From contig CBDDEL010000013.1 in NCBI GenBank assembly GCA_965226885.1, positions 498,710-562,709 of the forward strand: 64,000 nt of DNA, in the 5' to 3' direction. Position numbers and translations under genes: made by a program. The notes under the pieces were generated by a model. The model ran no database searches, was not told where the DNA came from, and saw nothing but the letters and a program-made list of their open reading frames with translations. Origin of the DNA: Opitutales bacterium (GTDB lineage Bacteria; Verrucomicrobiota; Verrucomicrobiia; Opitutales; UBA2987). This document shows, in pieces, positions 10,611-20,972 of this stretch (the first letter of the stretch is position 1; each line of letters opens with the position of its first letter).

Positions 10611-13600
10611 ATGATAGGCAGAGTAATGGCATTCTTGTGGGCAGGGCTGTTTGTTTTGAACATCCCACTTTGTTTTGCGCAGGAGGAAACCACGTCACGG
10701 CAAGAGCCGGGCAAAATCAGTGAAAACGGAATTGACCAAAACATTCGTAGCCGGACGGGCGCGCAGCAGTTGATTTTGACCAACGCTTCAAGAAAGACTG
10801 TCACCGTTGCCATTGCCGAGGACATTATCCCATTTCAGTTCGTAGATGAAGATGGAGTTGCGCGGGGCTCACTGGTCGAATTCTGGAGACTTTGGTCGGC
10901 CGTCACGGGGATTGAAGTTGTATTCAAAAGCTCTACCTGGAATGGCTCCATCCAGATGGTAAAAAACGGTGAGGCCGACTATCATGGCGGCCTGTTTTAC
11001 AGTGAAGCCCGAGACCAATTCCTAGACTATACCGAACCGATCTTTACCGGGGATAATCACTTCTTTTTCCATCGAAGCATCTTTGGCCTGCAAAAGGTCG
11101 AAGACCTTGCCGGCTTCCAAATCGGTATATTGACGGGAGATTTCGCGGTCAATTATGTGCGAGAACGTCAGCCCGGAGCGCCCGTTATCGAGTACGACAA
11201 TTTTGAGGGCATGATGAACGCCGCCCGCAGCGGAGAAGTGCGAATACTTGTTGGCGACACCCTCCCAATCGTCTTTCAATTAGCCCAAAACGGCTTATCT
11301 TTCAATTAGCCCAAAACGGCTTATTGAAAGACTTTCGTTATCACCCAGAAAGTCCGATATTTGCTCGTGCCTTCCATACCGCATCAGCCGAGGGTAGGGG
11401 TGATATGGTGGAAATATTCAACCAGGGGATTGCGCTCATCCCGACCGCCCAGCGCGCCGCCATCACCGGGCGCTGGGCGGAGCCAACAATGGACAAGGAG
11501 GACGCCCTGGTGATCGCAGCGGCACTGGATTCTCCGCCGCTTACGATGCTCAATGCGCAAGGTGATCCGGCGGGTCTGTTGATCGATTTTTGGAACTTGT
11601 GGTCGGAGAAGACAGGACGGCCAGTGGAGTTCAAATTTGCGATTTGGAATGTGGCGTTGGGGTATATGCAGGATGGAAACGCACAGATTCATTGCGGACT
11701 GGCTTTATCTGAAGAGCGTGATGTATTTATTGATTACTCCCAACCGTTTTATGGGCTCGAATACCGCTTATTCTATCCATCCGACCTTGGCCCGGTGGGC
11801 GATTTGAGCGAACTCAACGGTTTCAAAGTAGGCGCCTTTAAGGGCACCACGCAGGAGGCATATCTTCGGGAAAATTTGCCAGGGGTGGAAACGGTTGTGT
11901 TTCTCGACGGTTTGGAGATGATTAACGCAACGATTGCCGGAGAAATCAGGGCCTTTCTGGAAGCCGCTCCCGTCACGGAGGCGTTTCTGAGCCGTCGCGG
12001 TTTGTCCGGCAGCATCACAGCCGATAGTCGCGTTCTCTATAGTGAGGATATGTTTGCCGCAGTTGTCGAGGGTGACAGCGAAATGCTCAAGTTGGTGGAC
12101 GAGGGCCTCAGCGCAATCAGCATAGATGAGCTACGAGAAATCGAGCAGCGCTGGATCGCCGATCCCCAAAACCGCTATTTCGAAAGAACCGAGGGAATGG
12201 TGAGACTTACAGGTGAAGAGCGCCAATGGCTGGAAAATCATAACATCCTTCTGGGGGGCGCCGATCCGGAATTTCCTCCCTATGATTTTTTCGATGCGGA
12301 GGGCACTCATGCGGGTATTTCCTCGGATTACGTAAGGTTGATGGAGGAGCGTCTAGGTGTTGATTTTCAAGTAGTTCTCGACCTGGCGTGGACGGACATA
12401 CTGGATCGGGTAAAAGAAAAGACGCTCGATGTCGTTTACTGCATTGCGGAAACGCCGAAGCGAAAAGAATACCTCAATTTTAGCAAACCTTACGCTAATT
12501 TTCCAATTGTTATAATTACCCGGGCTGATGAAAAATTCATCAGCGGCCTGGACGATCTGGCGGATTTGAGAGTGATGGTGGTTTCTGGTTACTCAACACA
12601 AGAATCGATCGAAGGAGATTTTCCCGATTTAGACTTGCTGACCGCAGCCACCCCGGAAAAAGCGCTGCGAGCGGTATCGACAGGGGCGGCCGATGCTTTC
12701 GTGGCGTCGCTGGGGGTGGCCAGCTACCTCATCCAGAAGGAAGGCCTGACCAACTTGAAAGTGGCCGCGCCCACCCCTTACACGGTGGAGCTTTCCTTTG
12801 CCGTGCGCAAAGACTGGCCAGAGCTGGTCTCAATTCTGGACAAGGGGCTAGCCTCGATCTCGAAAGAGCAGCGCGATGAAATCTACCGCAATTGGATCAG
12901 CGTGCGCTTCGACACGAAAACGGATATTGGCGAGCTGTGGCGGGTGGGCCTTCAAGTTGGGGGTGTGGCTGCCATAATTTTGGCCATCGCCCTGGTCTGG
13001 ACCTTACAAATGCGGCGCAAGGAAAGAGCTATCAGGGAATCGGAAGAAGCCCTCAAAACGGTCTTCAATTCGGTTTATGACGCCGTCTTTATCCACTCCG
13101 TGGACGGGCGCGTTATCGACGTAAACGACAAGATGCTGGAAATTTTTCAGGTAAGCCGCGAAGAGGCGGCCCAATACGGCACTTTCCTTCATTACTCTGC
13201 TCAGGAAAACTCTTCCGAAATCCTGGAATCCCTCTTGCCCGAAGTCATGGAGGGCAAAGTTCATCGCCTGGAGTGGAAAGCGCGGCGGCCCAAGGACGGC
13301 CATGTTTTCGAGGCCGAAATCGTGCTCCGAAAAATAGAATATAAGGACGAGCCAGCCATCCTCGCATGCGTCCGCGACATTACTGAATTCAAACAAGCCG
13401 AGGCAGAACTGAAAAAGGCAAAGCAGCGGGCCGAGGCGGCCAATCAGGCCAAAAGTCTCTTTCTGGCCAATATGAGCCATGAAATTCGCACACCCATGAA
13501 CGCCATCCTCGGATTCAGCGGGCTCTTACAAAGAGACATCAAAGACTCCAAACAGAAGCGCTTTCTGGAATCGATCGCCTCCAGTGGCCGTACGCTTCTA

Positions 13601-14950
13601 AGCCTTATCAACGATTTGCTTGACCTTTCCAAGATTGAAGCGGGCAAACTCATTCTCGAACCCGAACCGGTCAGGATATCTGCTCTCTTTCTGGACATTG
13701 GCCACGTATTCGAGATTAAAACGCAGGAAAAAGGTCTGGATTTGCGTGTGGAGATAGACCCCAGCCTGCCGGAGTCTATCCTATTGGACGAAGTTCGCAT
13801 GCGCCAGGTGCTATTCAATCTCGTGGGAAACGCCGTCAAATTTACGCCCAAAGGCTACATCAATTTATCGGCTAAGCGTTTAGAATCACAGGACGATGGA
13901 GAAAACTTTGACCTCCTTTTCTCGATTGAAGACTCCGGCGTGGGAATTCCCAAAGAAGATCAAAAACGTATTTTCGAAGCATTCGAGCAGCAAAGCGGTC
14001 AACGCACCCGCCAGTTCGAGGGTTCCGGGCTTGGGCTCGCCATCACCAGACGCCTCGTTGAGATGATGGGAGGTGAAATCACTGTTGAAAGTGAGTCCGG
14101 CAAGGGCAGCAGGTTTACCGTGAGGCTAAAACAAATTGAACCCGCTGCCGTAGTTGAGGCCCATGCTGAGCGACTGTCGCAATCGGATTACATCGTGCGT
14201 TTCGAGCCCTCGAAGGTTCTTATAGTTGAAGATAACGTCATGAATCGCTCCTTGATTTATGAATATTTGAACGATTCCGGTCTTGAAGTAATTGAAGCTG
14301 AAAACGGCGCAGTGGCCCTAGAAATGACTCGGGCTCATCGGCCCAACCTTATTCTGCTCGACCTTAATATGCCCATAATGGACGGTCGCGAGGCAGCCGC
14401 ACAGATTCGCGAAGACCCCGATATCGCGGACATCCCGATCGTTGTTCTGACCGCCTCCTCGCAAGCTGGAGAAGAAAATTTAATGACGCAATTGGACCTC
14501 CAAGGCTTCCTGTTGAAACCAATAGCCAAGGATCACCTCATCGAACATTTGCGGCAGTTTCTCCCCCATCACATCAGCAAAATAAAGTCCGTCGAGACGG
14601 AGGGGAGCGGCCATACTCCAATCTTGGAGACGGTTGACGAAGAGGTTCCAACAATGTCCGCATCGGAGCGGTCACGCCTTCCGAAGTTATTGGGTATATT
14701 GGAGGATGATCTTATGTCGGAGTTCGAGCGGGCGAGCAAACGCTCTCGGCTGGGGCCGATTAAGGAAATCTCGCAAAAGATTGATCGGTTGGCGCAAGAA
14801 TTCAAGGTAACTGAATTCACAAATTATGCCGCCAAACTCAACCTCGCGGTGGAAAGCTTCGACGTCGATCAGATGAGTCAAGCCCTCTCCGAATTCCCTC
14901 GAATGGTGGAGTATTTACGTGCATCTATTGAGGACTTGACTCAAAGTTAG
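10611..14950 (+). pseudogene. Hybrid sensor histidine kinase (three periplasmic family-3 SBP domains, TM, PAS, HisKA, HATPase, REC), frameshifted by a 26-bp tandem duplication
   Basis: ORFs 10611-11309 and 11324-14950 join into one 1437-aa frame when one copy of 11272-11297 is removed; FLANMSHEIRTPMN, NLVGNAVKFT, DSGVGI, GSGLGL, LLDLNMPIMDG motifs. Confidence 0.88.
11272..11323. repeat. Exact 26-bp tandem duplication
   Basis: tctttcaattagcccaaaacggctta x2. Confidence 0.97.
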
Positions 14951-14963
14951 CCTGTTAGCCTCT

Positions 14964-16099
14964 TATACCAAATCTCATTAGGTATGATAATAAGTTATTT
15001 GGCAGAAGCGTTTGCTTGAATGTGCTGCCAGCCTCCGCCAACTAAAGAGAGGACTTTTTCAGTGTCCTCCCACCAGTCTTTGAGATGGGTTGCGACGACT
15101 TCTTCGAGTCGCTCAATGCTCGGCCACAGTTTGTTGGCCGTTTGATCCTGTATCATATCCCAAAGTCTTTCAATCGGGTTGAGTTCAGGACTATACGGCG
15201 GCAGATTCACGATATGTATGCCCGGGGGGACGTTGGGGTGCTCCGAGTCGTGCGGATGGAAGCCTGCCCCGTCCCATACAACCACATGTTCCTCCTCAGG
15301 ATATTGCTTTTTGATCTGTTGGAGGAAAGCCTCCGTCCACTGTAGATTCGTGCTAGGGGTTTGGATGCATACCATCTCGCCGTTGACCACGTCGAGGGCT
15401 CCGTAACAGTAGCTCCACTGGTATCTTGTCTGATATTTTTTGTGCGGCCGAAGCCCTCTTTGCGTCCAGCACCGGCGGTACACCGGAAGCAAATCAAAAC
15501 GGCTTTCATCGGCAAACCACACCCGAACCCGATTGCCTCGGGTGAGGGAAAGCTCCTGGAGGATCTTAAAAAAGTCTCGCTTGAACGCTTCCGCTTTTGC
15601 CGAGTCCCGTTTCTCATGCACGGGGCGAGGGACTCGAAGCACCCCGGCGCATTTTTTTAGCCATCGCCACACCGTCTTGTAGGCGAAGGAGCGCCCGAAA
15701 TGTCGCTCCAGCTCTTGCCCCGCCTGAACGGCTGTGTTCCAGCGCGCGACCTTCAAACCATTGAGCAAGAAGGCCTCCACCTCTTTGTCGCAACGGCTTT
15801 TGATCCCGCCTTTGTAGGCGCGTGTAAGCACCGCCCCGAGCCCTGCAGCACGATATTTGTCAAACCAACGCTGGATCGTCGCTTTGCCTCGGCCCACGAT
15901 GGCTCCAATTTCATCAATGCTGTGGTGCGGCTGGAAGCCCATTTTTAATGCCACCAAACGCTCTTTACGCCAGCCGACAGCCTCTTTGTTGAGCAATTTC
16001 TTGATACGTTCACGGTCTTCATCGGTTCCCATATATCTTCTCATTCCGCCTTTATAGCTGTTTTTTAATCTTTATCAATCCTTTTGCGATTTGGTATTA
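14964..16099 (-). mobile_element. IS630-family element
   Basis: IR core ataccaaatc (14965) / gatttggtat (16097), TA-rich ends, single transposase ORF. Exact ends +/-2 bp. Confidence 0.8.
14995..16044 (-). CDS. IS630-family transposase
   Basis: N-terminal HTH, WFADESRF, VWDGAGFH, LPPYSPELNPIERLW motifs. Confidence 0.92.
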   Translation of the reverse strand: MRRYMGTDEDRERIKKLLNKEAVGWRKERLVALKMGFQPHHSIDEIGAIVGRGKATIQRWFDKYRAAGLGAVLTRAYKGGIKSRCDKEVEAFLLNGLKVARWNTAVQAGQELERHFGRSFAYKTVWRWLKKCAGVLRVPRPVHEKRDSAKAEAFKRDFFKILQELSLTRGNRVRVWFADESRFDLLPVYRRCWTQRGLRPHKKYQTRYQWSYCYGALDVVNGEMVCIQTPSTNLQWTEAFLQQIKKQYPEEEHVVVWDGAGFHPHDSEHPNVPPGIHIVNLPPYSPELNPIERLWDMIQDQTANKLWPSIERLEEVVATHLKDWWEDTEKVLSLVGGGWQHIQANASAK

Positions 16100-16108
16100 G
16101 AGGGTGTC

Positions 16109-17413
16109 TTACAAGTTCCACCCTAGAAAGATTTGATAATCGAGTATCTTCTCCGTCCCCGTATTAACGCCGTCGTAATCGACGAATCCCATTTTGAGTT
16201 TGAAGTAGTAGCGGGAACCGAGATTCCTGGTATAAATGATATCAAGCTCCTTGCTTTTATCGACCGGGTTCGAGGAGTGTAGATCGGTGTGGAGGTAGAG
16301 AATATATAGATTATTGCTATTCCAGGCGTAATTGGATTCGACATAGAACGACTGGCTGCCTCCAAAAAAACCGGCGTCCGTTTCGACCATCGGCTCTTCG
16401 ATAATCAAACTGGGTTGGAAGGGACTGTGGATGTCGTTGTCTGCGCCGCCGCCGGTGACAATGAAAAACCCTGGTTCGATACGAAAGTCCCCTTTCTGGA
16501 AATTTACGCCGCCCTGAAGCGCATCGGAGCGCAGATCGAATCCTGTAAAATCATCATACCTATCCAATCCGCGCTGTCGGATGTATTTGATTTTTATATC
16601 CGTCTTGAATGTGTCGGAATCAATAACAGTACCCATGATATTAAGGCCGAAGGTATTATACAGATCGTCTCCGTAGAAATCGTATAAAGTCAATTCCGCT
16701 CGCTCGATTCCCGTATAAGTCACTTCGAAAAACGGCATTCCGTTGGTGGAATAAGGAACACCCTCCACCTTTTCCACCGGATTGAATCCATTGGCGGAAG
16801 GTCCGTTGGTTAAATCGTCCCTCGATGTCCAACTGCTGAATTTGTCGATAAACCCCAAATCGGCGCTGAAGTTCTGGTTGTTTTCTACATGCAAGAGGAC
16901 CGCTTCATAAGACTGGTCTTTTTGGCGAATGTTGTAAGTGCCCGCAAAAACAGTGTGCAAGGCCTGTCTGCCCACTTTAAGGTAAGAGTTCTTCCATCCC
17001 AAGTCGTCCAAGGTGAGGCGGATATAGGCTTTATTCAATATAGAGAAATCCGAATTTGATAAAACATAAGCGGGATCCAAGTTGCCGAAAGCCAGTCTGT
17101 CGCCGGTACTAAGTAATTTCCAGCTATACATGTACTCGCCGCCAACGGAAATGCCCTTGTAGGCGGGACTTTGGTAATTCAGGGAAATGGCGATTGTGCC
17201 GGAATGCAACTCGGTGTCACCTGCGCCGTGATTTTCAAACTTGCGGCCCATGAGGAGGGTTTGCACCCGGCCCGAGAGGTCTCCATAACCCTCCGTTTTA
17301 AGGGTCTTGAAAAGGGGTAAATTGCCTTCCCCTGCAAGTCTGGCAGGGGGCATCAGTAAGAATGCGAAGGCAACCAGGAACAATGGAAAAGCAATAACCG
17401 AAGTGTATTTCAT
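16109..17413 (-). CDS. Outer-membrane beta-barrel, OprD-family-like porin (currently in-frame with the upstream gene)
   Basis: Own signal peptide MKYTSVIAFPLFLVAFAFLLMPPARLA; LKVGRQ motif, amphipathic strands, C-terminal YQIFLGWNL. Family assignment is by recognition only. Confidence 0.7.
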   Translation of the reverse strand: MKYTSVIAFPLFLVAFAFLLMPPARLAGEGNLPLFKTLKTEGYGDLSGRVQTLLMGRKFENHGAGDTELHSGTIAISLNYQSPAYKGISVGGEYMYSWKLLSTGDRLAFGNLDPAYVLSNSDFSILNKAYIRLTLDDLGWKNSYLKVGRQALHTVFAGTYNIRQKDQSYEAVLLHVENNQNFSADLGFIDKFSSWTSRDDLTNGPSANGFNPVEKVEGVPYSTNGMPFFEVTYTGIERAELTLYDFYGDDLYNTFGLNIMGTVIDSDTFKTDIKIKYIRQRGLDRYDDFTGFDLRSDALQGGVNFQKGDFRIEPGFFIVTGGGADNDIHSPFQPSLIIEEPMVETDAGFFGGSQSFYVESNYAWNSNNLYILYLHTDLHSSNPVDKSKELDIIYTRNLGSRYYFKLKMGFVDYDGVNTGTEKILDYQIFLGWNL

Positions 17414-17438
17414 AAATGAAGAAGTATTGATTCGATCT

Positions 17439-18811
17439 TCAGGCATCGAATTGGCATCGAATTGCCAAGTTGGCGCGAATTCGTTATCATAAGTGATCTC
17501 GGAATAATAGACCCCTGAAATGAGCATGTCTTCGCGTTTGAGGAGGCCTTTGTTGCGACCGGCCGTCAAAGGGTGTTTGAGACCGCGCGGACGCACGAAA
17601 TAGGTGAGTTTTCCCTTGTTGCCGCCGGTATGGGGCAAGAGGCGGCAAAAATGAATGGTGGGGGCAGATTCCACCTTTATCGGCAGCCCCTCTTTGATAC
17701 TGTCGAAAACTACTGCTGAATTCGTTACCCGGTAGTTGTCGTCCGGATCGATATCCATAATATCCAGCGGTATGCGAACATCTGTCAGGTGATTATAAGG
17801 CGATTTTTCCTGGTCCGTGGTGCAGACGCGCACAATTCCATCGGGAAAGCAGAAGGTGGTGCGGGGGCAGATGCTCTTGACGGAATCCGAATAGACCGGT
17901 TCCGGGTCTGCGCCAAATAGATCGTTTGTTCTGAACCATACATTGCCCAGATAATTCCTTTGCGTGATGCGGGCCGAAACCAACCAACCGTTTTTATATG
18001 GGAGGATGGCGCCCTCGAAAATACCCATTCCATTGGGGCCATCCAGAATGGGGCCCGTCTCGACCCATTCATAGCGTTTTATAGTATCGTTCCAGCGGTA
18101 AAGAATGGCCGTGCAGGCCGACTTCAAAGTATGCAGTCCGCCACCCCAATGAAGAAGGAATGCCCACTCCGTGCAATCCCCGTTGTAGGGCACGGGGACA
18201 ACATAGCTTTGGTTCATTTGCACGAATTCCTCATGACGGCAAACCGCCGGGCCTTCTTCGTAGCCCTTCTGCCGCAAGGGGGCCACCGGACTGATGATTT
18301 CTATGTCGTCTTCCGTTTCGTTCAATTTGAATTGCACCCAGTAATCCCGGTAACTTTCCGGCGGCAGCACTTCTTCGGTTTCGTGTAAAAGGTAATCCCT
18401 TTGCCGGTCCAGAACGCGTGGGTTGGCGCGCCAGGAAGCGGCAAAATACCCTCCGTGGGCAGCCCGTTTGCCATTAATAACGGCCCCTTGGGGGACACCG
18501 AAAACAACCGAATGATTGCACAGTTTTACATAATGGCTGCCGTCGCCCAGCGGATCCCAATCCTGATCCGATTTGTCTAGACAGCCCTCCGACAATACGG
18601 GCCCGTCGGGAGTATCCTTGCGCACCTGGTAAACGACGCTGCGGTTATCGTCGCTCCCGCGAAAAGTGCGGGTTTCGTAAATGACAAACCACCGGTTTTG
18701 GCTCATCTGGAGGGTGTTATGCTGAGCAGGGACATGGTCGTCCGCTTTGGTTTCGCCCTCCAGGCGGCATTGGTCTATGTAATAACCTTTCGATTCAATT
18801 TTTTCGATCAT
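17439..18811 (-). CDS. Uncharacterised protein X1 (paralog of 40344-41669); natural stop bypassed by an 11-bp duplication
   Basis: Starts MIEKIESKG just after the SBP stop; colinear similarity with 40344-41669; removing one ggcatcgaatt copy gives ...TWQFDA-TGA. Confidence 0.85.
17442..17463. repeat. Exact 11-bp tandem duplication
   Basis: ggcatcgaatt x2. Confidence 0.95.
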
Positions 18812-18821
18812 AATGATTTTT

Positions 18822-20828
18822 TTATTTTTCTTTGATAAAAATTTGCCATAGGTGGAGCGATCCGCCCCAACCGTGATAATCGTTGTCGTAAACGATGTCG
18901 TAGGGAACATTTCCCAAACGTTTGCTGGCCGCCCAGGCCCGGTATTGGGAACCGATGCCAATGGCCGGAATATTATCGGTATGGAGGTCCCGAAACCTCT
19001 CCATGTTGGTTTTTATTTTTTCACTGTCGATTGTGGCCAGAGTGGCCAGAACGCCTTTCATCAGCTGGGTCGCTTCCTTCAACCAATCGGGACCTTCCCT
19101 CCAGGCGTGCCGGTGCCAAAAAGGATTTTGGGGGCTGGTGATGGACCAGTAATTGGGCCGCTGGGGAGGATCGGAAGGGGCGCTGACAGATTTCATGGTA
19201 ACATCAAATTTCCCATTCAAGCCGCGGTCGTAAATTATTTCCTTCTTTCCTCCATTGAGATGGATTTTAATTCCAATATTTTCCCAGTAACCTTTAGCGA
19301 ACTCGCAAACGTCAGCCTCAATCAGTTTATCCGTAGAAAAATCGATCGTTATCTCAAAACGGGAGCCGTCATTGAATTCACGAAACCCATCGCCATCGTT
19401 ATCGGAATATCCTGCTTCTTCCAGGAGAGCCATGGCGAGTTGGGGATCGTAATCGGTGTATTTTCGATAGGTTTCTTCGGTGAAATACGGGCTGCCCCTG
19501 TTAAGGGAATATCCGCAAGGTTCCAGAAGAATGCCGTGGTAGAGAATTTGCTTAATCTCCTCTCGATTCAATGCATGCGAGAGTGCTTTTCGAACCCGAA
19601 TGTCCCGAAACGCCTCCCTCTGATTGAGCCCGGGCGCATCCCAATTCAGGTATAAGCAGGGGATGTCAGCTGGTCCCATCAGGCCAAGTTCTATTTTGCC
19701 GGCTGTTTCCGCTCCCTTGAGTGTTAAATAATGTTGGGGTTCACTATAGCGTCCGAAAAAATCGATTTCCCCATTAATAAACTTCAGGAGCATAATATTG
19801 CGGTTTTCATAGACCGTAAATTCCATTCTGTCCGCATAAGGCAATTGGTTGCCTACGGTATCTATTTTCCAGTAATACGGGTTTCGTTCATAGACGATTT
19901 TTTGGCCACGAACCCATTGAACGGGAATCCAGGCGGAAAGCCTAGGAATTCCTGGTTGTAGAACCAGATTCGCCTGCGAGGTGATCTCCTTGAAACGTTG
20001 GTAAGTGGCCTCCTTGCTGTAACGAGGATGGTGCCGACTTAAAACGTGTTTGGGATAAGCGAATTGGTTATGACAAAAGGAATTCAATACACGGGCCAAA
20101 GGTTTTTCGGCGGACACTTTAAAAGTCGTATCATCGATTTTATCAATCTTCATCGGTTTGCCGTCCACCAGCCATGTGCTCGGGAAAAGCGGCATTGTCC
20201 GCGCCTCTTCATCGAAGACCATGTCGTAGTACCAGAAAATAATGTCATCGACGGTAAATGGAATCCCGTCCGACCATTTAACCCCCCGGCGTATTCTAAC
20301 GATTAATTCCCGCCCATCAGGGGAAAACTGATAACTTTCCGCGAGGTTGAGTTGGAATTTGCCGGGCAGATGGTTTTCGAAACGGAAAAGCCCGTCATTG
20401 AGCGATTTGTTTACCCCTTGTTCCTCGATTATCTCAGTGGCAATCAACCTTCGCAGGGCACCGCCATAGACGCCGGTCTCATTTGCAGGAACAACGACCA
20501 GAGGATTCTCCGGCAGCCTGTCCGAAACGGGCGGCAATTTCCCATTTTCCACCAGATCCGTTAGCATGGGAGCTTCCTGAAACGAACGGTTGGCCAAAAT
20601 TGTCGGATCGATTTTTTCAAGGCGCAATATCCTTTGCATCTGTTCAGATGGGGCGGAGACATTCCCGTCTTGAGAAGCCGATTCCTTTCCTTTACCCCCT
20701 TTCATGCAGCCGGTCTGGATAAAGCACGGAATTAAGAAAGTCAGGAGGACGGCACAGAATTTGAAAAAAGCATGGCCATTTTTAGGATTAAAGAATCCTC
20801 TTTGGCCCCAATCAGTTTTTACAACCAT
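18822..20828 (-). CDS. ABC transporter family-5 solute-binding lipoprotein
   Basis: Lipobox-like IQTGC, EAPML...GKLPPVSDRLPENP, IRRGVKWSDGIPFTVDD, RNPYYWKIDTVGNQLPYAD. Start placed at ATG 20828; the ORF extends to 20981. Confidence 0.9.
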   Translation of the reverse strand: MVVKTDWGQRGFFNPKNGHAFFKFCAVLLTFLIPCFIQTGCMKGGKGKESASQDGNVSAPSEQMQRILRLEKIDPTILANRSFQEAPMLTDLVENGKLPPVSDRLPENPLVVVPANETGVYGGALRRLIATEIIEEQGVNKSLNDGLFRFENHLPGKFQLNLAESYQFSPDGRELIVRIRRGVKWSDGIPFTVDDIIFWYYDMVFDEEARTMPLFPSTWLVDGKPMKIDKIDDTTFKVSAEKPLARVLNSFCHNQFAYPKHVLSRHHPRYSKEATYQRFKEITSQANLVLQPGIPRLSAWIPVQWVRGQKIVYERNPYYWKIDTVGNQLPYADRMEFTVYENRNIMLLKFINGEIDFFGRYSEPQHYLTLKGAETAGKIELGLMGPADIPCLYLNWDAPGLNQREAFRDIRVRKALSHALNREEIKQILYHGILLEPCGYSLNRGSPYFTEETYRKYTDYDPQLAMALLEEAGYSDNDGDGFREFNDGSRFEITIDFSTDKLIEADVCEFAKGYWENIGIKIHLNGGKKEIIYDRGLNGKFDVTMKSVSAPSDPPQRPNYWSITSPQNPFWHRHAWREGPDWLKEATQLMKGVLATLATIDSEKIKTNMERFRDLHTDNIPAIGIGSQYRAWAASKRLGNVPYDIVYDNDYHGWGGSLHLWQIFIKEK

Positions 20829-20931
20829 GCGGCAGGTTTGGTGAGAAATATATTTCCCGCCAAATACCCCGAAATCTCTATCAAATATTGATATTTTCAT
20901 TCCCATTCCAATTGAACTTGCCCTAACACAA

Positions 20932-20972
20932 TTGGGGCAGCATATCATAGTTTGGGGCAGCATATCATTAGT
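20932..20972. repeat. Near-exact ~20-bp tandem repeat in a divergent intergenic region
   Basis: ttggggcagcatatcatagt followed by ttggggcagcatatcattagt (one-base indel). Confidence 0.85.

Noticed and set aside
14946..14961. 8-bp exact repeat gttagcct x2 at the kinase stop
   Set aside because: About one such hit is expected by chance in 64 kb; possible but unsupported.
18812..18961. N-terminal extension of the 950-aa ORF
   Set aside because: Overlaps the SBP gene; the paralog supports a start at 18811.
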